Below, one piece after another: positions 51,874-64,000 of a stretch of 64,000 bases of DNA; position 1 is the stretch's first letter; every line of letters starts with the position of its first letter. Origin of the DNA: Camelus dromedarius (taxonomy: Eukaryota). The stretch is taken from assembly GCF_036321535.1 (NCBI RefSeq), contig NC_087437.1:92258001-92322000 (forward strand), read 5' to 3'. The notes beneath the pieces are model-generated. The model did not search any database. It was not told the DNA's origin and saw nothing but the letters and a program-made list of their open reading frames with translations. The position numbers and the translations under genes are program-made.

Positions 51874-54149
51874 CCAGGTAGACATTCTAGCGTTATAGTA
51901 AAATTTCACACGAACAGACAGCAATTTTCAATTGTCTTCTCAATTATTCTTTCTAGCTAACAGAGTAGCTAAACTGAATTTCCTTTGCTCACACACACAG
52001 TTAAGCACAGAATCACTGTGCCACGAGTAGTCCATACCCTCTGTGGCTGTCAACATCATTTCACCTGTTCCCAGCACCTCAAGAGTCTGTAGTAGGCTGT
52101 CAAATCCCTCCCTTGAAACACGGGAGACAGTGACAGTGAGAAGTGGTAGGACCGTATGTTGCAGGCAGGAGTTACTAGGATTTCCTACAGTGTGACTGCT
52201 GTTCTCAATATGCTTCTCCAAAGCGTAAGGCTGTGATAATTTCATCTCACCTCCCTCCAACCTAAATGCAAAGGGGACTTTCTGTACTTGGTGAGACCCA
52301 CAGTAAGAATTTTTCTCTGTTCTCTTCCTTCTTTATGTCCCTCTTTAACTTATTCCTGCTTCTGTGCTATGCCTATCTTGTACTAGGTATACAATCAGAC
52401 TCTATTTTCCCATTTCTAACTGTGACTCTTAGCCTCTCTCATTTAAAGGACCACAGGATGGGGGAAGTGAGACAAGGACATGTTTGGTTTTTTTTTAAAT
52501 AAGATTACCATTTTTGAAAATATCTATCATGAGATACATGTAAATTATGTAAGGAATTATAGCTATGTCAACTTCCAGGCTTTTCAAATGTGGACGTGTC
52601 ATTCCAGTTTCCTGGGTCAAAAAGACCAGTTTAATATGGTATCTGAAAATACTTCCAGTATTTCACCTCTGTTATTTCTATGACATATCATAAATTATAT
52701 TTTGCATTTCTTGTGCCATTTTTCAAGATATCCAGACAATTTTTCTGTCATCATCTTGTTAACAATCCACCTGATTAATTTAAAATTTTTGAGCCCTTTC
52801 CCATTTTTAAATTTTCAATAAAATTGATTTTCTAATCATATATAAGATTATGTAGGATAAATTTGGTTGGAATCTCTGTGAGCCTTCTTGGAGAGTGCCA
52901 TCTGATGAGCTTCACTGCAGTTTTATCAAGAGTTGCACCATAATTTGTGGTAGGTCATAAAATGTGTGCCTCCACAGGAGTTTAAGCTTCTTCAGGGAAA
53001 AAAAAAAAATTCTCCATTCTCTTGCTTTGAAAAAGAGTCATGGCATTTGGAAAATAGTATGCCTGGACTGCAACATTTTTGACAGTAGAGTAAGCAAAGA
53101 AGAGGACGTGGTGGTGTATCATTTACACCTTCCACCAAACCCCTTGGTTTTAGACCCACACTTTACCCATAATCTGTAACTGGAGAGCACAATTCCAGAG
53201 CCTCTCAGGATTCAATTCTCCACAGAGTGAATTTCTAGATTACTGTTGACGATTGTGTTGGAGGCAAGGCAGTTCCTTGGCTGTGAATTCTGAGGGAGGT
53301 CTATCCTCCCATCACTCTATCTCGTCATCCAAATAATGCTCCCATTTTCAGCTGTATTGGGCCTTAGTATTCTAGGGTGAATGGTGTCTAAAAATGCTCA
53401 TTTTCAGTGGGACATCTGGCTTAATTCTATTCAGTGTTCAGCTCTACTGGAATTAGTTTCTTTAAGCTTCACTCAAGCTATTCACTCAAGCTTCCTTAAG
53501 CTAGTCACTCCTTGTTGCTTTCAGAAGTTGTTGATATCTGCCTTTTTCTTTGCCTCCTCACTTACTCCCACTTCATATGGATAAACACTCTTGTTTTATT
53601 CTTTTAACTTTGTGTAGGTTTTGGTGAGAAAATAAAGGTTATAATTAAATTAATGTGTTTTTTCTGAGAATACTTTCTAGTTTAATTTTTTTTTCTTTTT
53701 GAAAAGGATCCATTCAGTCAATGGATTTCACATTTTTTCCTAGGAAATAGACTATTCCAAAGATATTGAAATGATTTGCCTACTTACTAAGTTTTATTTT
53801 TATTTATCTCAGATTAACCTATGCATCTATTTTCCATTAGTTCTATAATTATCTAACTCCATAAGGACAATTTTTCTCAGACAATTTTTTTTCTCTTTAA
53901 CAAGTTGAAATTTATTTAAAAATATTAAGGAATATCAAATTGGAAAAATGCCTGTAAAGTTTAATAACTTATGTAATATTTTGTATATGTTTCATAAATA
54001 CAAAACTGTAGCCTGAAATATGTAGATAATACAAATAAGATACTTGGTTTGCTTGTCCAAAGGACCCTGAAATTGTTCCTGTTTACCAAGTGTGTAAACA
54101 AATAGGGTTTTTTCTAAGATAATAGTTCTATTATTCATAGTTAACTTGT

Positions 54150-57100
54150 GGACTTCCAGTTTCCAGATCCCTATGTAAGGAGCTAGGAATTCACCACTTT
54201 GTCTTAAAACCAAGTAAAAACCTGAATAGAGTGAAAAATAAATACCTCTTCTCAAATCCATAAGAAGGGAGAACACAGGGCAAACCACTGTAGCTAAAAC
54301 TGGAGAGACAGGCAGGCAGGGGCATCTAAGGATCTGTGGGATTTGTGGCTTACCAGGGCAGTGCCTCACAAGTGGAAACCACTGTGGGTACCAGTGCCAA
54401 GGTAGGAAAACTTGAACTGTAAGTGACAATTTGCAGGAGGCTCAATAAGGACATGTCTGAGAGTTTAAAGCTACAGGGGGGACTAGTTATAAGGGAAACC
54501 CCATAAAATCATGAGATTTACCTCTAGGAGCTTGGCCAGACTCCCATAGTAATTATCTGAGGAAAATCCCATCAGGTTCTGGAAGAGGGAGGAGAAAAAG
54601 AACCACTTTGAAATACACCAGAGCACCTGTTCTTAACAAAGCCTGCCCTCAGTGGAAACCAGTTAACCAGAGCCTAACCTTCTGGGTCTTATCAGAGCCT
54701 CACTAAGCTGAGGGAAAGAAAATACCTAACTCTTGCCTACTCTAGCCATTCTGTTCCACCTAAGCAGGGAGAAAAAAGCTGAGATACTCCTGTGAAGTTC
54801 GCTGTCCAGAGGCACAAGTTCACTAAAAGACTGAGACCTACTCATAGTCCTATGGAATTCTAGTACCTCCACTCCCTATAACCACATTATTAAGGTCTAT
54901 TTACAGCAGTTACTTTTTACCCAGAATATCAAATCTAGCTATCAATAAAAAGTACAATGCTTACCAAAGGCAAAAATACAATTTGAAAAGACAGAGAAAT
55001 CTTCAGAACTAGAGATGGCAGGGATGTTGGAATTTTTAGACCAGGAATTTAAAGCAATCGTGATTAATGTTCTAAGGACTATAATGGATAAAATAGAAAG
55101 TAGAAGGTATGCATAAACAGATTGACAATGTAAACAGAGACATGGATAAGAAAGAACCAAAAAGAAACCAATAGAGATTTTTAAAAGCTGTATTTATTGC
55201 CCTTATTCTTTTTTTCTATTTTTCTTTTACTCTCTTTCTGCCTTTGGAATGAAAAGTAATGAAGGATGCCTTTGATGGGCTCTTCAGAAGGTTGGGTATG
55301 GCTGAGAAAAGAATCTGAGTTAAAGGGTATGTGAATGGAACCCTTGCTAACTGAAAAGCAAAGAGAACACATACGGAACAAAACAGTAGAGAATATCCAA
55401 AGTCTGTAGGACAGCTATGGAAGACGTAGCATACACATAATGAGAATAACAGAAGCAGAAGAAAGAAAGGAACAAAAGAAATACTTGAAATAATAATGAC
55501 TGAGAATTTTCCCAAAATGATGTCAGACACCAACCCACAGATACAAGAAGCTCAGAGTACTATAAGCTGGATAGCTGTCAAAAAGAAAAAAAAAAACAAA
55601 CCCTACACCTAGGCATAACATTTTCAAACTACAGAAAATCAAAGATAAACACAAAATATGAAAGAAAGAAGAGAAAAACAATTTACATATAGAGGAACAA
55701 AAATAAGAATTACTTCTTTTTCAGATACACAAAACTTGAAAAAAAATTTTGTTGCCAGTAGACCTTTCTTGCAAGAAATATTAAAAGTAGTTCTTTAGAG
55801 AGAAGAAAAATAACAGGTCAGAAATTCAAATCTACATAAAGGAAGAAGTTTGAAAATGGAGTAGGTACAGATAGCATAAAAATGTGTATTATTCATATTT
55901 ATAAATGATCTGAGAGAAAACTGTTAAAAATAGTAACAATATATTCTATTATGTATGCTTATACATATACACGCATATACATACATATATGTTTATGTAT
56001 GTTTGTTTATATAAAAGTATACAAGTGAAATGAGGAAAAATCACATGACATATAAAGATACAGAAAAAACATTTGACAAAAACCCAACACCCATTCATAA
56101 TAAAATCTCCTTGTAAACTAGGAAAAGAGGAGAATTATCACAGCTTGAGAAAGAGCTTCTACAAAAAACCCACAGACACCAAATATAAAGATGAGAAGCT
56201 CAAAGCTTTCCTGCTAAGATCTCACCACTGGTTTTCATTGTAAGACTGGAAGTTCAAGCTAATTGAACATGACAAGATAAGGAAATAAAAGGTATAGAGA
56301 TTGAGAAGAAAGAAATAAAATGACCTTTGTTTACAGATGACAGGATCATATATATAAAATATCCAAAAGAATCAATTAAAAAAACTCTTGGAGCTAATAA
56401 GTAATTATATTAAGTTTGCAGGATACAAGGTTAATATGCAAAAGTCAATCACTGTTCCCTTATACCAGCAATAAAAAAATGGAATTTGAAATTAGAAGCA
56501 CATAGCATTTACATTAGTACTCCCCAAATTAAAATACTTAGGTATGAATCTAACAAAATATTTAGAAGATCTATATGAGTAAAACTAAAAAACTCTGGTG
56601 AATAAAATCAAAAGCTAAATAAATGGAGAGATATTCTATGTTCACAGATAGGAAGACTCAATATTATCAAGTTGTCTGTTCTTCCTAGTTTGATCTATAG
56701 ATTCAAGGCAATCCAAATCAGATTCCCAGGAAGTTATTTTATGGATATTGACAAACTGTTTCTAAAATATATATGGAGAGGCAAAAGACCCCAAATAGCC
56801 AAAACAATACTAAAGAGAAGAATAAAGTTGGAAGAGTGATGTCTCCCAATTTCAGAAGTTACTATAAAGCTGTAGTAATCAAGACAGTGTGGTAGTTGCG
56901 AAAGGACAGACAAACAGATCAATGGAACAGAATAGAGAGCCCAGAAATAGACTCACACAGTCAACTGATCTTTGACAAAGGAACAAAGACAATACATACA
57001 ATGGAATAAAGATGGTTTCTTCAACAAACAGTGCTGGAACAAGTGGACATCCACATGCAAGAAAATGAATCTAGACACAGAATTTACTTCTTCATAAAAA

Positions 57101-58400
57101 TTAACTCAAAATGATCAGAGACCTAAATGGAAAATGCAAAACTGTAAAACTCCTAAAAGGTAACATAGGAAAAAGCTTAGATGAATTTGGATACGGTAAT
57201 TATTTTTAGATGCAACATCAAAAGCATGATTGATGAAAAAATTAATTGATAACCTGGACTTCATTAAAATTAGAAGTTTCTTTTCTGTGAAAGATATTGT
57301 CAAAAGAATGAGAAGACAAGCCACAGACTAGGAGAAAATATTTGCAAAAGACACTTCTGCTAGAAGAACATTATTCAAAATACACAAAGAACTCTAAAAA
57401 ATCAACAAGATAACAAATGACCCAGTTAAAAAATGAGCCAGGCACCTTAACAGATAACTTACCAAAGAAGATATACAGGTCGTAAATAACCATGTGAAAA
57501 GATGCTCCACAACATATGTTATTAGGAAGATGTAGATTAAAACAACAACAAGATACCATTACACAATCATGAGAATGACTAAAATCAGGAACCCTGGCAC
57601 CTAATGCTGGGGGGGGATGTGGTGCAATAGGAACTATCATTCATTGCTTGTGGGAATGCAAAATTGTATAGCCACTTTGGAAGACAGATTGGCAGTTTTT
57701 TTTTACAAAGACAAATATCCTCTTACTATACAATTCAACAATTGAACTCCTTAGAATTTACCCAAATACCATGGAGCAAGTGGATGTTTATAACAGGTTA
57801 AATCATAATTGCCAAAACTTGGAAGCAATTAAGATGTCCTTCAATAGGTGAATGGATAAACAAACTCTGGTCAATGAAATACTATTCAGTTTTTAAATAA
57901 ATGAACTATCAAGTCATGAAAAGACATGGAAGAAACTTAAATTCATATTACTAAGTGAAAGAAGCCAATCTGAAAACACAACATATTGTATGATTTGAAC
58001 TATATGACATTCTGGAAAAAGGCAAATCTATGGAGACAGTAAAAAGATCAGTAGCTCCCCAGGGTGTTGGAGAGAGCAATGAATAGGCAGAGCCTATTTT
58101 TAGGGCAACAAAAATACTCTGTAGATACTATAATGATGGATATATGTTTATATATTTGCCCAAATCCAGGTACAATACCAAGAATGAAACATAATGTAGC
58201 TATGGACTTTGGGTAATTACGACTTGTCAATGTAGGTTCATTAGTTATAACAAATGTTCAACTCTGGTGGGGGATATTGATTAAGGGGGAGGCCATGCCT
58301 GTAAGAAAGCAGCAGGTGTATGAGAAATCATTTTACCTTCCCTTCAATTTTGCTGTGAGCCTTAAACTGCTTTAAAAAAACCAAAATCTTAATTAAAAAA
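54150..58400 (+). mobile_element. Internally deleted L1 (L1MC1/L1MC2-like) with 5' UTR, ORF1 remnant, ORF2 RT/C-terminal remnant and 3' UTR
   Basis: ORF1-like GAAATAATAATGACTGAGAATTTTCCCAAAATGATG. RT block homologous to KNHMIISIDAEKAFDK near 56035-56100. LFTDD (FADD motif) at 56327-56341. L1MC1/2-like 3' end TATGGACTTTGGGTAAT...TGTCAATGTAGGTTCAT...CAATTTTGCTGTGAGCCTTAAACTGCT. Confidence 0.9.
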
Positions 58401-58932
58401 GCAAAGGTAATTTGCATGACTGTCTCATATATTTTGGTAAATGATAATGCAAGGTTTTTTGTGGTTAAAATTTGAAAACAAATAAAAATATATTGAGATT
58501 TTAATATGGTATTAAATTTTGACACTCTAACACAATAATCTATACAATAATAATCACAATAATCTTTGTTCACTACCCATAATAATCTAATGGTTTTTTG
58601 TGATATTATTCTGTTTCTCTTTTATTTGTAATCTCTCAAAAATACACCTTTTCAATAAATTGCCTTGCTTACTACCCAGACAGATTATATGTTCCATAAA
58701 TATTGTAATTAATTGGATATATTAATTAGTAGCTGGGTCATAATAAAATTAAATTATAATAGTGAAAGAATAAAGCTGAGATGAACTAATAAGAAAATAT
58801 AATACATAAATATATAGCTTATCTTAACTATATGTACATTATTTGTATAAAAATATTACAATACTAGTTTCAGGCTTTTTTTTTTTACTTTGGAGCTGAA
58901 TCAAAAGAGTAATATAATACCAAAGAAGGAGG

Positions 58933-59432
58933 TCTAACCAAGGAATTCCACCATTAGGTATATACCCATCAGAAACGCCTGCCAAAAGACATGTACAACA
59001 ATGTTCATAGTCTTAATTATCACAGTTCCAAGCAGAAAACTAGAAAAATGTCCATTCACTGTGGGATGGATAAAGAAACTGCAGCTATTACAGAATAGAA
59101 TACCAGACATCACTGTGAATAAGTAAATTGATACCCCATGCACCAGTATCAGTGAAAATAACACACATAACATTGAGCAGTGAAGCCAGTCACAGAAGAC
59201 AGAATTCCATTTATATGTGATCTAAAACAGACAAAACTACTACACCGTCAAGAGGCAAGATAATGTAACACTGGTGAACAGAGTGATGACAATTGGAAAG
59301 GGAAGAGAATGAGGCTTTTTGAAAAGCAGGCCAGGTTTTTTTTGTTTTTTTTTTTTTGATCCATGTGCTGGTTTCGTGGATGTGTTCAATTTTTGAAAAT
59401 CATAACTTAGGAATTATGCACTTTTTTCTGCT
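58933..59432 (+). mobile_element. Old L1 3' fragment (L1ME-like)
   Basis: GGAATTCCACCATTAGGTATATACCCA...CCAAAAGACATGTACAACAATGTTCATAG...AATTCCATTTATATG...TATGCACTTTTT. Confidence 0.8.
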
Positions 59433-60517
59433 ATTCCACAATTGTTGTTTTTTAGATCTCTAGGTATCCATGTATATCTTTAATGACCTAAATTTGAAAT
59501 ACATAATTAAAAATGCCCATAATTTTAATGATTGCACAAATATAGCAGATCTGAAAATAGTAATTTACATAAAAAGCACAGTCCTCAAAGTAAACTTGAG
59601 TCATGGATTTTTCTGAGTATCATGAGATTAACTGAATAGACTGTTTGTTGCTGAGATGCTTATTAACCAAATCAGATCTTAACCTTCTTTATCTTTCATA
59701 GTTAGCTAAAAATTTCCAACAATTAGAACAAAATGGTAACATAATATTTAGAAGTGTGTGTTCATTGTCTTTCCTTAAATATACATGGTCTAGTCCTATA
59801 TTTGTATCAGAAAACATGCCTATCTCCACTCTAGATCACTAGACTTGAACAGGGGAAAAAAAAGCAGCAAAATCTTGACTTTGAATTCAAAAGTCACTGG
59901 CCTTCAAGGCCAATCTAAAAACCACAGACTTTGAGAGAGAGGACTAGGAGGGACTATAGAGACTTGTTGGTGAGATTTACACAGTTTAAGCTTCCCCAAC
60001 ATTGAGTACTGTTCTTTCCTCCACCAGGGAGCCCTGTGGAAGTTAGAGACCAGTTACCTTTCTTTACTCCTTCTGACGTTGAGATTTACAAGCCCAGGCA
60101 GCAATCAGCTAGGCTGAACTTATCCCCTAAGAACTTCACATCCACTTGGTCCAACATGTGCAAACCACATTCACTCAAAAAACCTCAGATAAACTTAAGC
60201 TTATCAAAAAAAAAAAAAAAAAAAAGGAAGATGCAGCACTAGGTGACTAAATGGTTTATGATGACATTAAAGTAAGCTAAGCCCCTGACTACACTGGAAC
60301 CAGAGAAAATCAGGCTGAGATTTCCAAGAGCCAGAAGAGCAAAGAAAGACATCTTGCACATGACATAATTTTATCTATATTATGCAACGTTCTAGGTCTG
60401 CATCTCTTTCAGGGCTATGAAGAAAAGTGAAGATGATTAAACATGACAGGATTTTTGTATGCACCCAATACAAACAATTGTATATAAACTACAAAAGCAG
60501 TATATTCATTTCAATAT

Positions 60518-60673
60518 CACTGTAAGCCCTGAAGGAAAAGTAGAGATATTTAATTGCTCCTTTATGTCAGGGATTATATCTCTATATACTCATTAATTGA
60601 CACATCATGGATACTCAACACATGTTTATTGAATAAATGAACAAAGGAACAAATGAATGAAAAAGAATGAATA
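60518..60673 (+). mobile_element. L2 3'-end fragment
   Basis: CACTGTAAGCCCTGAAGG...GATACTCAACACATGTTTATTGAATAAATGAA, followed by a (GAAT)-like tail. Confidence 0.7.
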
Positions 60674-61455
60674 ACCAGCTTTCTATCATATTTTGCACAA
60701 AACCACACATAATTGTTAGTCACAAGAGATGCATTGAATGCTAGGAGATTTGCAGATTCCGAAGAGGTATGCCATGAGGAATTTACCCTTGTGATGTATT
60801 ATTACATTATCATATTATTACACTGTATTTCAAAGCAAATTTAATTTTGATTACAGTACTCACTCAGAAAATAAGGGATAAACAGTGGAAGCTAATGAGT
60901 TCAGAGTTTTCTTTCAGAATTTTAATAAATACAAAGAAACTTCTGGGATTCAGAGATTATTTTAAATGTTTCACGAAGGGGAATTTTGTCATGGTGTTGT
61001 AGAGTCTTCTGGTTCTTTCACTGGAACTTTTAAAGTAAAACCTACGCTGAGAAACATGTTTACAACAGTATTAGTTGCAATAGTTTATTTTGCATTAAGT
61101 CTTCTAAAGTTCTAGGCTGATAAAAGCAATTGTACTATTTTGCTATTCTTTGGTTTTTAAGCCAGTATATCACACAAGTATCCACGGAACCAGATGAAAC
61201 ATTTTAAGTTTAGTTAATGGGGTAAGATTTTTAGTGAAAACACAAAACTCATTATAAAGTTTTAAGATTTTACAGTAGTATACTTATGAAAATATCTTTT
61301 AGAAATTAGCAAATGGTAGATTTTTTAAACAGAAAAAAAATAATAGTCTTCTAGATAGGTAGTTTTTGTTTGTTTGTTTTTGGTTTTGTTTTTTTATGAA
61401 TTGTTGTGCTAAATTTATGGATCAAGTTCCAAAGGATTTCTGTGCTCATTTCAGG

Positions 61456-61569
61456 TTTTTCTTTTTTCTCTTTTACAGGTTTCCTCCTTCCTGTCCAGTA
61501 AATCTCTTGCACTTCTAACTCTGCCTTGATGTCAGCTTCATGGACTTCCTGCAGGACCCAACTAAATCA
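61456..61569 (+). mobile_element. LTR16-family LTR, 3' portion (inverted relative to its 5' portion)
   Basis: TTTTACAGGT...CCAGTAAATCTCTTGCACTTCTAACTCTGCCTTGATGTCAGCTTC...GGACCCAACTAAATCA parallels the LTR end at 25615-25679. Confidence 0.8.
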
Positions 61570-61677
61570 GGAGGAAAGACTGTAGGCTTTAGATTTATGC
61601 ATTCCTTTGACATAGATAGGTAGGATATTGAACAGACAGTATAAAGTGGAAAGAATTAGGCTTAGATAAAAAGACAA

Positions 61678-61994
61678 GAGATTAGGGGGTGGATAGGATG
61701 GACAAGAATATCATGACAGTAGATATGACGGTCTCAGTCAACTCAACAGGATGTTCCTGAGCAAAGATTATCTAAGAGAAGAGTCTGACATTGAGCAGAA
61801 ATAAGTCAGTCTTAGCACTCCCACTATACTGGCCTATTGGCTGAGGACTGCCCCAGAAGAGGGCAACCCTGGCTCAAAAGCTGAAGTGGGTCCCTATGGT
61901 GCAAACGCAGAGAGGCTAACTGAACTCCTTGCAGCTGAACAGCAGGCTATGTTTTAAAGGGAGATACAAGTGACACAACCTCATGACTGCCATA
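61678..61994 (-). mobile_element. LTR16-family LTR (LTR16C-like), 5' portion
   Basis: The minus strand reads TATGGCAGTCATGAGG...ATCTCCCTTTAAAA...CAGCTGCAAGGAGTTCAGTTAGC...GGGGCAGTCCTCAGCCAAT...ATTTCTGCTCAATGTCAGACTC. Confidence 0.8.
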
Positions 61995-62494
61995 CCTCCA
62001 GCTTTGAGGATGCCTGAAATTTTGATCTTTTGTTAAACCCCTTTCAATATCAACTCAATAAATAAAAAGAAGTGCACCAAATCTAAAATAAGCAAGGATT
62101 TGTTTTTATCTTGCTCGGTATTCTACACTGTTCTCAGTTTGAACAGAAATACACTGTACTTGAGGGTTTCAAGATCGTTTATTTTATAACCTATAGTTGC
62201 GGAGCAACAGCTGAAAAGGTATGAAAGCTGAAAGAACATTGATAATGGATTTCCTGAGCTGAGATGAATCTTGCCTCATCACTCTTATCTCTCGAGACCA
62301 GACAACACCTCTGAGTGATATCTGCTTGGGATACTGAGCTGCATCGGAGAGGCACTGCAAGACTGCCATTGTGTTGATGCTGCACATGGTGACATTCTTA
62401 ACTAGTCTTTTCTAAACAGACCACTGCTTTCAAATAAGATGGAGTCACTGGATCAGGTTTACTCTCCAAGAGGAAACAGAAATCCAGCAGAAGA

Positions 62495-62871
62495 CTACAT
62501 GAACAACTACAGTAAATGCAAATAATAAAATACTCTTTGAAACAAAAAGGAATACAATACTGATACACAACTACATGGTTGAATCCCCAAACATCTGTAC
62601 TGAGTGAAAGAAGCTAGACTCAAAACAGTACCCACTGTACAATTGCATGCATATAATGTTTTGTAAAGAGTAAATTTACTCCAGAATGATAGGCACCAGA
62701 AGAGTGGAGGAGACAAAACTGAATGTGAAAGGGCCAGAAGAAACCTCCACATTTTGACAGGCATGTGGATTACTTAGATGTTAAGTGTTTGTCAAAAATC
62801 AAAAAACTGTACATTCAAATTACTTATGTATTTCACTGAATAAGAAATACATCTCAATTTTTTAAAAAAAA
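62495..62871 (+). mobile_element. Old L1 3' UTR fragment (L1ME-like)
   Basis: AAAAAGGAATACAATACTGATACAC...CTGAGTGAAAGAAGCTAGACTCAAAA...TTTGTCAAAAATCAAAAAACTGTACA...CTCAATTTTTTAAAAAAAA. Confidence 0.8.
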
Positions 62872-63627
62872 GTTCCTCCAAAACCATCTATTGAATGGTC
62901 CTGGAATAGCATTTACATTTTTACTTTTAATGATATCCATTTGTGCAGTACCTAAAATGTTGAATTATTGAGATTATCTACAATTTTAACTTTAATGTAT
63001 AATAATGACCCTAATTCCCCAAATTATCTCTGTGTGAATAGCTTATATACTTTATTTCAAATTAGGATTTATTATATGTAGCCCAATGTGCTTCACCATC
63101 AGGAATAAAGATAATTCAAATAAGAGAACTAATATACATACATAATGATGTATCTTTGAATCATTTATTCAAGATAAATAAAATTTTTGTAATGTTGCAA
63201 ATGTTCCATCACTGGTCCTCATAGTTTTCTTCTATATAACAACTAGCAGGGAAATGCTTAAACATAATTATGAAAACTGAAATAAATACCATGCTGTCGA
63301 TAATGTCAAAGAGACATATCCTTAAAATGGAGCAGCTCCTCAAAACTCAGTGGTGAAATGGACGTAAAGGAGGACATCACTGTTGGCAAGTCTGGGAGCG
63401 TTCACAGCATCCCCGAACACACTGAAGTTCTGCCTTGTGAGCTGGTGACAGAACTTACAGAAAAACTGATAGCTTCCAGAGGTGAGTCTAAATGCTGTGA
63501 TTCCCTTTTCACTAGACTAAAGGAAGCTGCCCGGTTTACTGACGGAACTTTCTGAGATTGAATGAGATTAAATCCTTTGCTATTTGCCTAGCAGACACTA
63601 AAGCTTGGTGGGAAAAGCTATTGTAAT

Positions 63628-63742
63628 TCTGCATGATAGGCAGGTCTGTTAATGCTCATGACATAATCCCCAGTACCAAATGTAGTCCCTGTAAGTCAAC
63701 ACTAGACAGTAGAGATTTGACTTGAATGGATGGATGAATGAC
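63628..63742 (+). mobile_element. L2 3'-end fragment
   Basis: CTGCATGATAGGGCAGG...ATCCCCAGTACC...TTGAATGGATGGATGAATGA. Confidence 0.65.
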
Positions 63743-64000
63743 ATCATTTCTATTATGTCTTTTCCATAGTTATTATATCCCTGATCATTTTCATTCTAAG
63801 AGTATGTTACAAGCAGGTGACTAATAATGCTGATAAGATTATCCATTGTCCAAATTTTACTTTTTTAATGTTCTTAAGGTTTTTAATAAAAGTTATCATT
63901 TGCTTATTTTCATAACATTTTTATTGTATTTCACACAGTATTCCAATTACTTTTCTTTCTCCTTCTACCTTATTACATCCTTTTTAATTCATAATTCACA

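Noticed and set aside
61456..61480. Strong splice acceptor of a host gene exon
   Set aside because: It is explained as the internal pyrimidine tract of the LTR16 3' portion, and no coding exon is evident downstream.
1..64000. A novel multi-gene biological system
   Set aside because: There is no intact gene, operon-like organisation or unexplained long ORF. The recognisable structure is accounted for by known mammalian repeat classes and local rearrangements.

Overview
This is mammalian nuclear DNA: AT-rich, CpG-depleted, with no CpG island. It is most likely camelid, inferred from a tRNA-Ala-derived SINE resembling camelid Vic-1 and several young L1 3' ends. I recognise no host protein-coding gene, rRNA, functional tRNA or CRISPR array, so the window reads as intergenic or deep-intronic. 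A large part is transposable-element debris: L1 of several ages, L2, MIR, MLT1 LTRs, a decayed ~4.6-kb ERV-L provirus (LTR16/ERV3-16A3-like) with protease, RT and integrase motifs, an ERV1-type solo LTR with a perfect 4-bp TSD, Tigger and hAT DNA transposons, and microsatellites. The supplied ORFs are retroelement remnants or chance ORFs. I found no evidence of a new biological system. The best structural observations are an LTR16 solo LTR split by a ~220-bp micro-inversion (supported by its TSD), two twin-primed L1s, a candidate L1 3' transduction, a 33-bp dispersed duplication of an LTR end, and a few candidate regulatory elements. Repeat family names come from recalled consensus sequences, not a search, and boundaries of old elements are approximate.
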